Source: the human T2T-CHM13v2.0 reference genome, Homo sapiens
Assembly (NCBI RefSeq): GCF_009914755.1
Contig: NC_060928.1
DNA length: 64,000 nucleotides
Strand: one strand, 5' to 3'
Of this stretch, positions 1 to 13,655 are shown in pieces (within the stretch, counting starts at the first letter, position 1; every line of letters starts with the position of its first letter). A program made the position numbers and the translations under genes. Under the pieces are notes generated by a model, which saw nothing but the letters and a program-made list of their open reading frames with translations, did not search any database and was not told the DNA's origin.

Positions 1-349
<349 letters not shown>

Positions 350-389
350 TTAGTATTGCCAATATTCTCTCTCTCTTTTTTTTTTTCAG

Positions 390-591
390 GCTCCAATATG
401 GCTCAGAAAGGCACTGAGAAAACCTAGCCTTAGCTAGGCTAAGAGCCTAGCTTCTGGCCTGGCTTTTACGTGGTCAGCGGATGTGCGTCCATCCCCCCTG
501 CACTGGTTCCCCTTGTCCTTTCTGTGGCTCTCCTGGATTCCTCTCGTTCAGCTCCTTGGTGTACAGAGCCTATGTCAATGGCAATGGTGAG
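390..591 (+). ncRNA. Candidate internal exon of an upstream non-coding transcript
   Basis: Long polypyrimidine tract plus CAG (365-389) and consensus donor GAG|GTAAGT at 592; no long ORF. Confidence 0.45.
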
Positions 592-1759
592 GTAAGTGAG
601 AAGAAGAAACGGAGAAAGTTAAAAAGTGTCTTTGAGGAAAACACTTGGGAATAAAATCTTCCAGTTCTCCTGCTTTACCTTTCAGTACCCTCCCTGCTTC
701 CTTCCAAACATGCTTCCAGAAGCAGGCACCTAGGCCATTCATACCCACGGGGCTGCTCTCGGCTAAGTAGGCCTAGCCGAAGAGACACTGAGGGCAGGTG
801 GGCAGGTGGGGTGGGAGATGGAGCAGCACGTTGCTGACTGGGAGAAAGCACCTCCTTGCCTCTTTTCAGTTTTAACATGTCCCTTTAGTGCCCACTTTCC
901 AGGACAGGGCAGAGGATGGGGGAGCGGGAGATGAGTGAGGTCTTGGGGCCATGGGGCCATGCTGCTTCTAAGGGGGCAGAAGCTGTGGGAGAGGTTGGGG
1001 GCTGGTAGCTCTCAGAATAGCCTGGGAAGGGTATCAGCTGGGTTTGCACAGTGTTGTCTCCGAATCTCCCAGCTCCCCTTCTCTATGATTAGCATCCTTG
1101 AAGTAGCGTGCTACTGTTAACAGAAGAGCAGAGCGTGCCCCTTCTGCTTTTTCCCATGCTTGTCATTTGCCTAACTCTTACAATGTTAGCAGAGAGACAG
1201 TGTTTGCAACGGGCAGGGAAATATTGCACAATTGTGACTGCAGGGTCTGCTATGAGAAGAGGAAGCAGAGCCAGTGGGGTGAGAACCTCCTGGGATGAGA
1301 AGGGGTCGGAAACTCAAGAACAAAGGAAAATGTCTGAGAAGTCCCAAGGAGCAAGTGGGCTACCATTGAGGACAGAAATCTCCCATGGATGAGGTCTCCT
1401 CTGTGCAGCAAAGAAAGACCCCAGAAACAGGAGGAAGCCAGGAGATACTCACCCTATACCACACTGTACAGTTTTATAGCTTTCAAATATATTCCCTCAG
1501 GGGATTTCAGGGAAAATAGTATGCACCCTCTGACAAAGCACAGACATCAGAGCCCGCTACAGTCCCCAGATCACTCACTTGGACATACTGGATACCCTGG
1601 ATCATATATCAGCTGCTCTCCTGACCCAGAAAACTGCATGTCTCTTATCACCCACTCATGTCTCTTCATGAACTTGGCTCTTCTGTTGGCAACTTTATGA
1701 GTTTCTTTTTACCAGTGGGTGCTTTCTGACTACCGTAGCCTGTGTGGTTTGGCAAGGGG

Positions 1760-1965
1760 AATCATAGTGGCATTCACTGAGAGTCTTGCTTTGTGCCAGG
1801 TGTGTGCTTGGTACTTTATCTGCTTTCTCTTGAATCCTCACAATAACCCTTTTGGGTAAAATATTATAATCTTCCTTTATACAAATGAGAAAATGAGACT
1901 CTGAGAAATAATTACTACTAACATGACTAGTAAGTGGTGGTCCTAGGACTTGAACTGGGGCCATA
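1760..1965. mobile_element. MIR fragment
   Basis: MIR core-like TTTATACAAATGAGAAAATGAGACTCTGAGA and ACTAGTAAGTGG. Confidence 0.7.
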
Positions 1966-2329
1966 GGACTCCTCCTGTGTCCTTAGGTCCTTTCTGTTGC
2001 ATTAGGTCAGCAGAGACATGGGGAGATGCCTCCACACCCTCCCCCTGCATCCTTGGCAGATGCTGCTAACTGGATTTGGTGGTTGTTTCCCTTGAGCTAG
2101 GACTATGTATAAGGGAAAAATTATGGTCCATGTTCTCAAGGAATTTTGCTTTGACATAGGTTAAAATATAACACAGCAGTAGACTGACAATGTAAGGCTG
2201 TAAATAACACCCTGGCCATGACTGCTAAAAAAATCAGGTAAGCTTATGAATCATAGGAAATATACCCACCATTCTTTGTCTGAAAGCTGGCCTTTCCCTT
2301 ACTTCTTAATTCCTTAGATTTCTCATTCT

Positions 2330-3602
<1,273 letters not shown>

Positions 3603-4139
3603 TGTTCCAGGTTGAATTGCATCCTACAGAATTCACACGCTGAAATCCTAACCCCCAGTACTGAAGAATGTGACCATATTTGGAGATATGGTCTTTAAAG
3701 AGGTAATTAAGGTTAAGTGAGGTCACTGGGGCGGGACTAATTTCATCTGAGGAGACAACGGGTTTCGGTACAATCGGGGAATAGGGTCACAACCTAGAAA
3801 CCAAACAGAACTCTGGGACTCTGTATCTCTTAGGGAAATTGCCAGAGCCCTGCCCTCCAGGCCTGTCCTTATTCATGGGGATCTGAGAAGAAGAGATTAG
3901 GACCCAGACATGCACAGAGGAGACCCTGTAAGGACACAAAGAGAAGACAGCCATCTGCAAGCCAAGAAGAAAGGCCTTGGGGGAAACCAGCCCTGCCCAC
4001 ACCTTGGTCTGGACTTCCAGCTGATTCTTGGATGAGCTGGTCCTTAGGCACGGAGGCAGGACTGTGAGAAAATAAATTTCTGTTTTTAATTCACCTGGTC
4101 TATGGTATTTTGTTGTGGGAGTCCAAGTAGACTAATACA
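3603..4139 (+). mobile_element. MLT1A/B MaLR solo LTR carrying a non-LTR insertion at ~3751-3884
   Basis: TG start, CTAATACA end; GAGGTAATTAAGGTTAAGTGAGGTC, CTGCAAGCCAAG, AATAAA at 4071. Confidence 0.85.
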
Positions 4140-5086
4140 TGGGGTTTGAGAGAGAAGAAGCGAGGATGATGCGCAGGAGTTGGATCTGTTTGAAGTTAGG
4201 TTAGGAAAGTTCATTTCCTTCACGATGCCCAGAAGCACCAAGAGAGATTGTCCCGCTGGGTTTCACTCAGAAGAGTTTTCCAGTCCACTACACACCACTG
4301 ACAGAGCCAGAGTACAGTGGGACAAGAGTGAGACACAGGCACATGCACTCACAAAAGGAGAATCGGCTCCATGCCCAGTGTGATCACCTTCAGGTGCCCA
4401 CACCATAATGAGCTCCGGTCCGACGTTCCTGTTGGCCCAGAGGTCCTCCTTCCTCCCCTTCCTGAATCGCTTTTGTTCTGATCTAACCTGCACTTCCCCA
4501 GGCCAATGGATTTGAGTACAGCTGGGGAAGGGAGTTGCTAGGATTTCTAGCAATCTAGAAACAAAACTGTGTTCTGGGACTCTGTACTTCTCAGTGAAAC
4601 TGCCAGAGTTCTGCCCTCCAGGCCTGTCCTTATTCATGGGGACCCCAGAGAGACTCACTTGAACTTCTGACCCATTCCCCTGCTGCTCACCCTGCCAGCC
4701 CCTGGCCTGGCTGTAGCCACAGTTCCCACCATCACCTATATCTGGAAACTCTAATTCCTCATCCACGACACTATCACGGTCACCCTGTGGAAGTGAGGAG
4801 GCTTGCCCAGCCTCCAGACATCCAACAGGGTTGCTTCCTACTCTTTCCAGTTCTCTTACATTTCTGATTCCTTATTAGAAAGGGTTCTTCCATGCCCAGA
4901 GCCTCCGCTGGAAGGTAGTTTGAGTCTCACTGGCTGAGCTGCAGTCGGAGTCAGCCCTGGCCCTGCCATGCGTCTGCGCACGTCAAGCTCTTTTCCCTGC
5001 AGGCTTTGCCCCTTCTTCATCTGGAACGCTGTTTCCTATTGCAATTTTCATGAGCAAAGTGGATTTATGGATCTGTTTATCTATGT

Positions 5087-5282
5087 CAGGGGTCAACAAA
5101 CTATGCCCTGCCACCTATTTTCGTAAATAAAGTTTTATTGGAACATAGCCACACATTCATTTTGCTATAGGCTGCTTGCATAGTACAATGGCAGAGAAGA
5201 GTAGTTGGTACAGAGACCATATGGCCTGCCAAGATGAAAATATTTACTATCTAGCTCTTTGCAGAGAGTTTGCCAATCTCTG
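5087..5282. mobile_element. MER58A-like hAT-Charlie MITE
   Basis: TIR CAGGGGTCAACAAACT ... AGTTTGCCAATCTCTG; internal AATAAAGTTTTATTGGAACA. Confidence 0.85.
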
Positions 5283-5669
5283 CGACGGAGTTAGATTGTG
5301 TAACTCTCACAAAATGGATAAGAGGATTAAAAAGACTACTGCAGAAATAAGTAAGTAAATAAATAAATCCACGGTGGACTGACAATAATATTAACATCAC
5401 AATAAAAAAGGACAACAAGAAAATAGTAGGACTGATATTCTTCCACCCACAGTACAAATTGCTTGTCACATAAAACAATTATCCTCTAACCAGGTCTGTC
5501 AAGAAGTTGGGAGAGAGATTGGGCGAGGGAGAGAGATGGAAGGGGGAGAGGAAGAGGGGAGGAAAAATAAATAAATTAAATAAATAAATATATAAATAAA
5601 CAAATAGTGGCATTGAGCTACAAATGACATGCTTAGCATGTCATTTTCCCCTTTAATGATCATTTATCC

Positions 5670-5900
5670 AGCAATTTTATGGTCAAGCACTATTTTTAGG
5701 GTTCCACATGCATTAACTGATTCAGTCCTCAAAACAACCCCAAGAGGTAGGCACTATTTATAATTGTCCCCATTTTATAGATGAAGAAACTGAGGTCGAA
5801 TAATCTGGCTGAGCTTACACAGCTAGTAAGTGGTGGGGTTGGACTTGAATCCAAGCAGTTCAACTCCAGGGTCTGTGCTCTTAAACTCTACATTATACTG
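5670..5900. mobile_element. MIR
   Basis: CCCCATTTTATAGATGAAGAAACTGAGG, ACACAGCTAGTAAGTGG. Confidence 0.8.
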
Positions 5901-5921
5901 CTTTTGATCAAGAATACGAAG

Positions 5922-6045
5922 TGGCTGGGCATGGTGACTCACCTGTAATCCCAGCACTTTGGAAGGCTGAGGCAGGTGAATCACGAGGTCAGGAGTTCAA
6001 GACCAGCCTGGCCAAGATGGTGAAACCCCATCTCTACTAAAAATA

Positions 6046-6078
<33 letters not shown>

Positions 6079-6238
6079 CCGGGCGTGATGGCAGGTGCCT
6101 GTAATACCAGCTACTTGGGAGGCTGAGGCACAGAATTGCTTGAACCCAGGACGTGGAGGTTGCAGTGAGCTGAGATCACGCCACTGCATTCCAGCCTGGG
6201 CAACAGAGCAAGACTCAATCTCAAAAAAAAAAAAAAAA
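5922..6238 (+). mobile_element. Alu (S-like) with expanded middle A-tract
   Basis: Dimer; 31 consecutive A at 6047-6077. Confidence 0.95.
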
Positions 6239-8899
6239 GAAGAAGAAATAGAAAACAAAGACAGAAGTAAACCCTAAAATGTTTGGAGAGTGGTGCCATG
6301 GGCAGCCCTTTTGGCATGACTTTGCGTCCTAACTACCAATCTTATCCTAAACTCTGGTGCAAGGTGAAGGAATTCATGTAGCTGTCTTTTAAAGGAGCTT
6401 TGAGGGGGTTTTTTTGTTTGTTTGTTTTGTTTGTTTGTTTTTCAAGACACATATCTAGGATAAATCCAGCAAATTTAGAAAGTAGAAGTGAAATAGGTCC
6501 TTGGGGATGGCATCCCATTGAGGTATCTCCTGCCATTTCAGTGAGTTGTGAAGCATTGGTTAGCATGCGTCATGGCTCTGAGTGCCTAGGACAGCACTCC
6601 TCTGTGAAGAGCCCAGCCTCCTGGGGAGGTTGAGGGTCTCTGGCATGGTTCTTGGTGGAGAGTCAGCATCCTTTACCCACCTTCCTGTGGGGCAGATCGA
6701 AGTCCCACCTGCCCTTGGCTGAAAGGAAGTGCATTCCCAAGCCTCCTAAAGGCACACTTGACCTTGATTTCCTCTGAGCTTCCTCACCAGATGAACTGGT
6801 GTTGTGTAAGGAGCACTGTATTGAGTCAGGACGATGGGTTATGTCCTTGCGAAGGCTTCTGACCTCTCTAGTCCTCAGTTTCTTTATCTGTAACATGAGT
6901 GACCTTAGCTAGATGGTCCTCAAAGAGCTCTTTACAGGTTAGAAGTGCTCTGATCCTGTACTTAATGAAATGGAGAAAATATTCATGCCATATTCATTTG
7001 CAGGGAAAAAATCCTTTGCAAAACATGATGTTTGACTCTTGTAATTTTTGTTTTAAAAAACACATGTAGCAGAATGAAGGTATTTGTTCTTCCCATCCCC
7101 ACTCTGCTGCTGGGCAGAGGATATTTTAGCCATAGAATTCACTAGGATTCTTTGTCAGACAGGACTCTATTCTAAGGAATGGGAGCACTGCCATCATCCT
7201 CCTGGAATGGAGTCAGGGATGCCCCCCAGGACACTGGACCCCAATGGGCAAAGGTTCTCAGCAGCTTCAACCTAAAAGAGGCCCCTGAGGGGAGAAGGGA
7301 CCCTGAAGGGAGGGGAGTGGTATAGGAAGGGAAGGGACACCATTCAAGGTAGGCCCTGTGTCAACTACAATTCAACCCTGTGAGTGCTGTAAGGAATCCA
7401 AGACATATGAGGTAAAGATCCTCTACACACAAGGAAGTCACCACCCAGCTGGCATCAAAAGCCATATTGATGAAAGACAACGAGAAGGAAGAGATGCATT
7501 GTTAGTGTTGCAGGGAGCACAGTGGATTGGGGCAGGTGGCCTGGATCCTGTCTCTGGCCGATCACTGCTGGAGGGAAGCCACTCTGCATCCCTGGGCCTC
7601 AGTTTCCTCATATAGAAGTGAGGCATTAAACTCAATTTCAAAATTACCTTCTGCCTCTGAGATTCTGGAGCGGATGGTTTGCTGAAGGAGGACTGAGCGT
7701 GGGCACCCGGAATTGTGTCATTTGATGAATGAGTCAGACTAGGGGCGTCAGAAAAATAATGTCTTCACAATCAACACAATGGGATAGGCAATTAAGAAAC
7801 ACTTTGCCGATGGCTTGAGTGTCTGTTCCACTCAGAGGATACATTCCCGAAGAGGGATGGGGTGACTCATCAGGCGGCTGTAACCTGATGAAACAGAGCT
7901 ATCCAATTTCCTCGCTCCAATTCCAGGCAACCAAATTATCTTAATATGGTTTTCCAAAGCAGTTTCCCCAGGCAAGAGGAGAGACAGACATGAGTTTCCA
8001 GACTAAGCAGCAATTGAAAATTGACATTTTTTTATAGGAGTAAAATTATATCACATATGAGAAATGACTGAAACTTTATATGAAGTAGCATTCAAATGCA
8101 AAGGGTGTCATCATTAGCAATATCACCATTGGTTATTATTCTCATGCTGATTTGGTCAGCCTTTGAACCAGTTTTTCTTTTTTTTTTTCGAGCTGGTAAA
8201 TCCTGGGTGACTTGGTGAGTATAGAAATTCTGGGTATGCAAAGCTGATCAAAGATGATAATTACTGATATTTAGAAAGTGCTTTCACATACAGTTATCTC
8301 AGTAGCTCTAGAGAGAGAAAATATTATTTTCCCCAGTCTGTAGTTCTGGAAGGCTCAGAGAGGTTAGGTGACTTTTACAGAATAATAGAGCTCGTCAGGG
8401 TTTGGCTGGCAGTCAAACCCAGGTGGTCAAGTCCAAATCCAACTCACAGTGTTGCTGCTTCTTAAGCGAGTGATTATCCGCCCATCCAGCACACCCCCTC
8501 ACATATATACTCACAAACATTTACTATGCAAGATCCATGCCCAGTGGGACAGCTGCAGGAGGGATCAGAAGCTGAGGCAGAGAAAAAACCAAAATGCCAA
8601 TATATTCTGGAGATCATAGAACCGTGTCTCTTTCCCTCTTCAAATGCTGCTAAAAGCACGTAGAGTCTTTCTGGACAGCCGTCCCATGGCTCAGTCTTTT
8701 AGGCTTCCCTTAGTCCCTGGACTCAGGCTGACTCTGCTCATGGTGGGTGTAGAAATCTCCCATTCTGCTTAGATGGAGTCTCTGGGGTGTCAGGCATACC
8801 CCTGTTGCCTGCATCTACCTCCTTTTCTGTCTGGTTGTTTCTGCTGAGGGTGGCTAGGGACCCTCAACTGAGATGGCCCCCCACAACAGCACTGTTGGA

Positions 8900-9142
8900 C
8901 CTAACACACCCTGGGTTCCCGGCTTCTCAGCCACTGGAGCTGCCAGTCTCAAATTACCGGAGGGGAGGGAGGGCAGGCCTGGATCTCAGGATCTCGGTCC
9001 TGCATGCAATGCAAGCCTGAGCTCTCCCGCCATAAGGCTGCAGCGGTGTGGGCTCCTTGTGCCCAGATCCTTTGTATTCATAGGGGGAAGTGGAAGACCA
9101 CGCTGCCTGACTGAGACTTTATTATAGAGGCTCAGGAAAAAG
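8900..9142 (+). promoter_or_regulatory. CHRNA9: CHRNA9 proximal promoter / 5' UTR (TSS not determinable)
   Basis: Unique non-repeat sequence directly upstream of the ATG; GGAGGGGAGGGAGGG Sp/KLF-like tract near 8959-8973; TATA-like CATAAG at 9031. Confidence 0.5.
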
Positions 9143-9206
9143 ATGAACTGGTCCCATTCCTGCATCTCCTTTTGCTGGATCTACTTTGCTGCTTCCAGAC
9201 TGAGAG
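9143..9206 (+). CDS. CHRNA9: CHRNA9 exon 1 coding part (signal peptide)
   Basis: ATG at 9143; MNWSHSCISFCWIYFAASRLR plus G, then donor GTGAGA at 9207; matches the recalled alpha-9 nAChR N-terminus; 64 nt. Confidence 0.96.
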
Positions 9207-9501
9207 GTGAGAGGCTGGTGACACGTAACCTATCTTGTCTCATCTGGGGCTATTGCTTTGGTGGGAGGTGGGGCAGGACAGGGAAGACAAAACAGATGAT
9301 TCAACCGCATGGAAGTGTTCTGTGCTTCCTACTGACTCTGATCTTGGTAGGGCATGCCAGAAAAACAACTCATCCATCCACCCAAAGCTTGTCCCTCGCC
9401 AGTGTTGGGCCATCCCCCATTTTAGACCTCAGTCTTGTGTTGTTTGTCTTGAAATACACACAACACTCTGAATGTTAATCCAGATCCCTCTTGTTGAGTA
9501 G

Positions 9502-9647
9502 CTGCAGAGACGGCAGATGGAAAATATGCTCAGAAGTTGTTTAATGACCTTTTTGAAGATTATTCTAATGCTCTTCGTCCAGTGGAAGATACAGATAAAG
9601 TCCTGAATGTGACCCTGCAGATTACGCTCTCTCAGATTAAGGATATG
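9502..9647 (+). CDS. CHRNA9: CHRNA9 exon 2
   Basis: Acceptor TAG 9499-9501; (A)[48 protein letters not shown]; donor GTGAGT at 9648; 146 nt, phase compatible with exon 1. Confidence 0.97.
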
Positions 9648-9884
9648 GTGAGTAACACATGGTGCTGACTCTGTGGAATGATTCTTAGAGGATAAACAAC
9701 CATGCTTTCTGAAGAGAATGTCTTAACTGGGAATTTGAGAGGGAATGATAGCTCCTTAAGCAAGCTGGTGGGAGAAGAGAATGTCGGGAAAAGGAAGCTT
9801 TCTACAAAACTAATTAATTTCAAGAAACGTTACCTAATCCTGGTCATTAACTGTAACAGTCTTAGATAATCTAAAGAAAGATGG

Positions 9885-10160
9885 GGTTACATACTGTATG
9901 CAGCCATTTATATAAAATGTCCAAAAGAGGTAAATCCGTAGAGACAGAAAACGGCATAGAGGTTGCCGGGGTCTGTGGGGAGGACGGGGAAAACGGCCAG
10001 TGAGTTCTTAATGATTACGGCGTTTCTTTGCGGGGGGAAGAAATGATCTTGAATTAGGCAGTGGTGATGGTTGCACAACGTTGTGAATATATTGGAAGCC
10101 GGTGCATTGTTCCCTTCGAAAATGATTAAAATGGTGAGTTTTAATGTGAATTTGATCTTA
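9885..10160 (+). mobile_element. L1MB-like 3' end fragment (intron 2)
   Basis: TACATACTGTATG...ATCCGTAGAGACAGAAA...GTGGTGATGGTTGCACAAC...AAAATGGTGA typical of the L1MB 3' UTR. Confidence 0.8.
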
Positions 10161-10454
10161 ATTTTTTTTTTGAGACGGAGTCTTGCTGTCACCCAGGCTG
10201 GAGTGCAGTGGCATGATCTCCGCTCACTGTAAGCTCTGCCTCCTGGGTTCACACCATTCTCCTGCCTCAGCCTCCTGAGTAGCTGAGACTACAGGCACCC
10301 GCCACCACACCCGGCTAATTTTTTTTTTGTATTTTTAGTAGAGACAGGGTTTTACCGTGTTAGTCAGGATGGTCTCAATCTCCTGACCTCATGATTCGCC
10401 CGCCTCGGCCTCCCAAAGTGCTGGGATTACAGGCATGAGCCACCGCGCCCGGCC
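10161..10454 (-). mobile_element. Alu (Y/Sc-like), intron 2
   Basis: Antisense dimer with poly-T head. Confidence 0.95.
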
Positions 10455-10884
10455 AATCTCAATTTTTTAAAAAAGGTAGTGTTTTAAGATGGCATAGCTT
10501 ATTAGTGCTTATCTATGTTTAATTACACAATGTTATGAAACTTGAAAGATTTTCCTTCTGCACATTGTTATTTCCTGACTTTTGCTTTCAAGTACATCAT
10601 TCATTGATCAATTTTCAGGAAATATAGGCAGTTGATCTATGCAAAGATATCAATACTAAAATATTTGTCCACTTTACATTCTGAACACTAAATCTAGGAG
10701 GAAAAAAAATATGATCTTGGCAGTCAATCAAGGGGATAGAATAAATAAAGAATAAAGCTCTCACTTTACTTATTGAAATTTGATGAGTGTTTGTGAAATT
10801 CCTATTGTGAAGAACAAGTGTCCTATCAGTGGAAAACATTTCAAGTGTCTGCTAGGTAAAGCGACATCTGGATTCATTGTGTAG

Positions 10885-11039
10885 GATGAAAGAAACCAAA
10901 TTCTGACTGCTTATTTGTGGATCCGCCAAATCTGGCACGATGCCTATCTCACGTGGGACCGAGATCAGTACGATGGCCTAGACTCCATCAGGATCCCCAG
11001 TGACCTCGTGTGGAGGCCAGACATCGTCTTATATAACAA
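10885..11039 (+). CDS. CHRNA9: CHRNA9 exon 3 (ligand-binding domain, loops D and A)
   Basis: Acceptor TAG 10882-10884; [51 protein letters not shown](K) with the WxPD motif; donor GTAAGT at 11040; 155 nt. Confidence 0.97.
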
Positions 11040-11279
11040 GTAAGTGCAGCTCAGAACTGAGGCTTTTCAGGCATGAACGTGTTGATTTCATAGAATTTAA
11101 ACATAATGAAAAAGGAATGTTTAAAACATGCATGAAATTAAATATTAATCCATGTTCCTAGGACTTACTGAAATAAGAGACATAGAATCTTAGATCAGGA
11201 AATAATATGTCATAAAAGCTTAGAGCTGGAAAGAAACCATCCATCTACATGCCCCTTTTTCAGGTGGGAAAGTGGAGGC

Positions 11280-11749
11280 TGCATTAGTTTGCTAGGGCTA
11301 ACTTTGCCATAACAGAGTAGCACAGATTAGATGACTTAACAAAAATGTGTTATCTCACAGTTCTGGAGTTGAGATGCCTGAGATGAAGGGGTTGACAGCG
11401 TGGTTTCCTCTGAGGGCTGTGAGGGAGGATCTGTACCAGGCCTCTCTTCTAGCTAATGGTGGTTTGCTGGCAGTCTTTGGTGTTCTTGGCATTATAGAAG
11501 CGTCACTCTGAGCTCTGCCTTCATCTTCACATGGCATTCTCCTGTGTGTTCCCTGTGTCCAAATTTCCCCTTTCTATAAGGACACCAGCCATATTGGATT
11601 AGATGTCCACCCTACTCCAGCGTGACTTCATCTTAACCTAACTAATTACATCTTCATGATACTATTCTCAAATCAAGTCACATTCTGAGTGTTGGGGGCT
11701 AAGACTTCAATATGTGAATTTTTCAGGGACACAATTCAACTCTTAACAG
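11280..11749 (-). mobile_element. MLT1 MaLR LTR
   Basis: TTAGTTTGCTAGGGCT...TATAAGGACACCAGCCATATTGGATTAG...ACACAATTCAACTCTTAACA. Confidence 0.85.
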
Positions 11750-11934
11750 TGACACTCACCATCCAAGATCATGTATCAATAATTAATTAAACCGGAATGG
11801 GCCATCTAGAAACTGACCTGTGGATTTGGGGCTTTGTGTGGAGTGGAGGATGAACCAGTTTACGGGATACAAAGTGACGTTTTCCCGGTCTCAGAGCAAG
11901 GGGCATTGTATAACGGGTAGGTAAAGTTTATGTT

Positions 11935-12090
11935 TCGCAAGCTGTAAGGTGCATATGAATCGCCCAGGGAGTTTGTTAAAATACAGATTGTGATTCCATG
12001 GGTGTGGGGCGGGCCTGTGATTCTGCATTTCTACAAGCTCCGGAAGACGTGGGCACTGTGGGTCCATGGGCTGCATTTTGAGAAAAATAC
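11935..12090. mobile_element. MER5A-like hAT fossil
   Basis: GAATCGCCCAGGGAGTTTGTTAAAATACAGATT...GATTCTGCATTTCTACAAGCTCC. Confidence 0.7.
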
Positions 12091-12506
12091 CAGATCTCTG
12101 GTCACAGTTCAAGCTCAGTGGCCCCGCCTGTTGTTGAAAGAGCTTCTCTCTGTTTTTATTCTGGAACCCAAGTTTCTGTGGAGTGGGAAGAGTTCCTCTG
12201 TGGCTCAGACCTATGTGAATGAGGGGCAGCTCAGGGGGCTCCCCTGGGTGGAGGCTTCCAGTGGGCATGGATTTCCTTTAAGGAAGCAGCACGGGTGGGT
12301 TGCAGCCTGGATTTTAGTCTCACTCCTTACTCAGAGAGCTCATCTAAGGGTCATGAGCTCTGGAATCATAGCCCTGTTTTTCTGTCCATTCCCAACTCTG
12401 AGTGGCCAGAGGAATCATCTGTATTCCTTCCCAAGGAATATAACAGGAAGATAACATTCAAATACTGGGCTTTATTCCTCCAGTTTACCCTCCCTCCCCG
12501 TGCTCG

Positions 12507-12542
<36 letters not shown>

Positions 12543-12582
12543 GTCTCTCTCTCTCCCTCTCTCTCACACACACACACACACA
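12507..12582. repeat. Compound (TC/TCTG)n(CA)n microsatellite
   Basis: Seen directly. Confidence 0.95.
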
Positions 12583-12668
12583 GAGCAAGAAAACAAACCA
12601 CATTGTCCATTACCACACTCTCGTCTGCAGAGTGCAGGAGAGTAATATCTGATAATTTCATTGACACA

Positions 12669-12994
<326 letters not shown>

Positions 12995-13039
12995 GATAAT
13001 TTCATTGACACAGATGATCTCTTACAGAATTCTGTAAGT

Positions 13040-13655
<616 letters not shown>

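Noticed and set aside
792-815. G-quadruplex-capable tract GGGCAGGTGGGCAGGTGGGGTGGG; similar purine tract at 59622-59682
   Set aside because: Common in human DNA and not linked to any supported feature.
9143-9478. 111-aa ORF from the CHRNA9 ATG
   Set aside because: Read-through of the exon 1 donor into intron 1; only the first 21 aa are receptor sequence.
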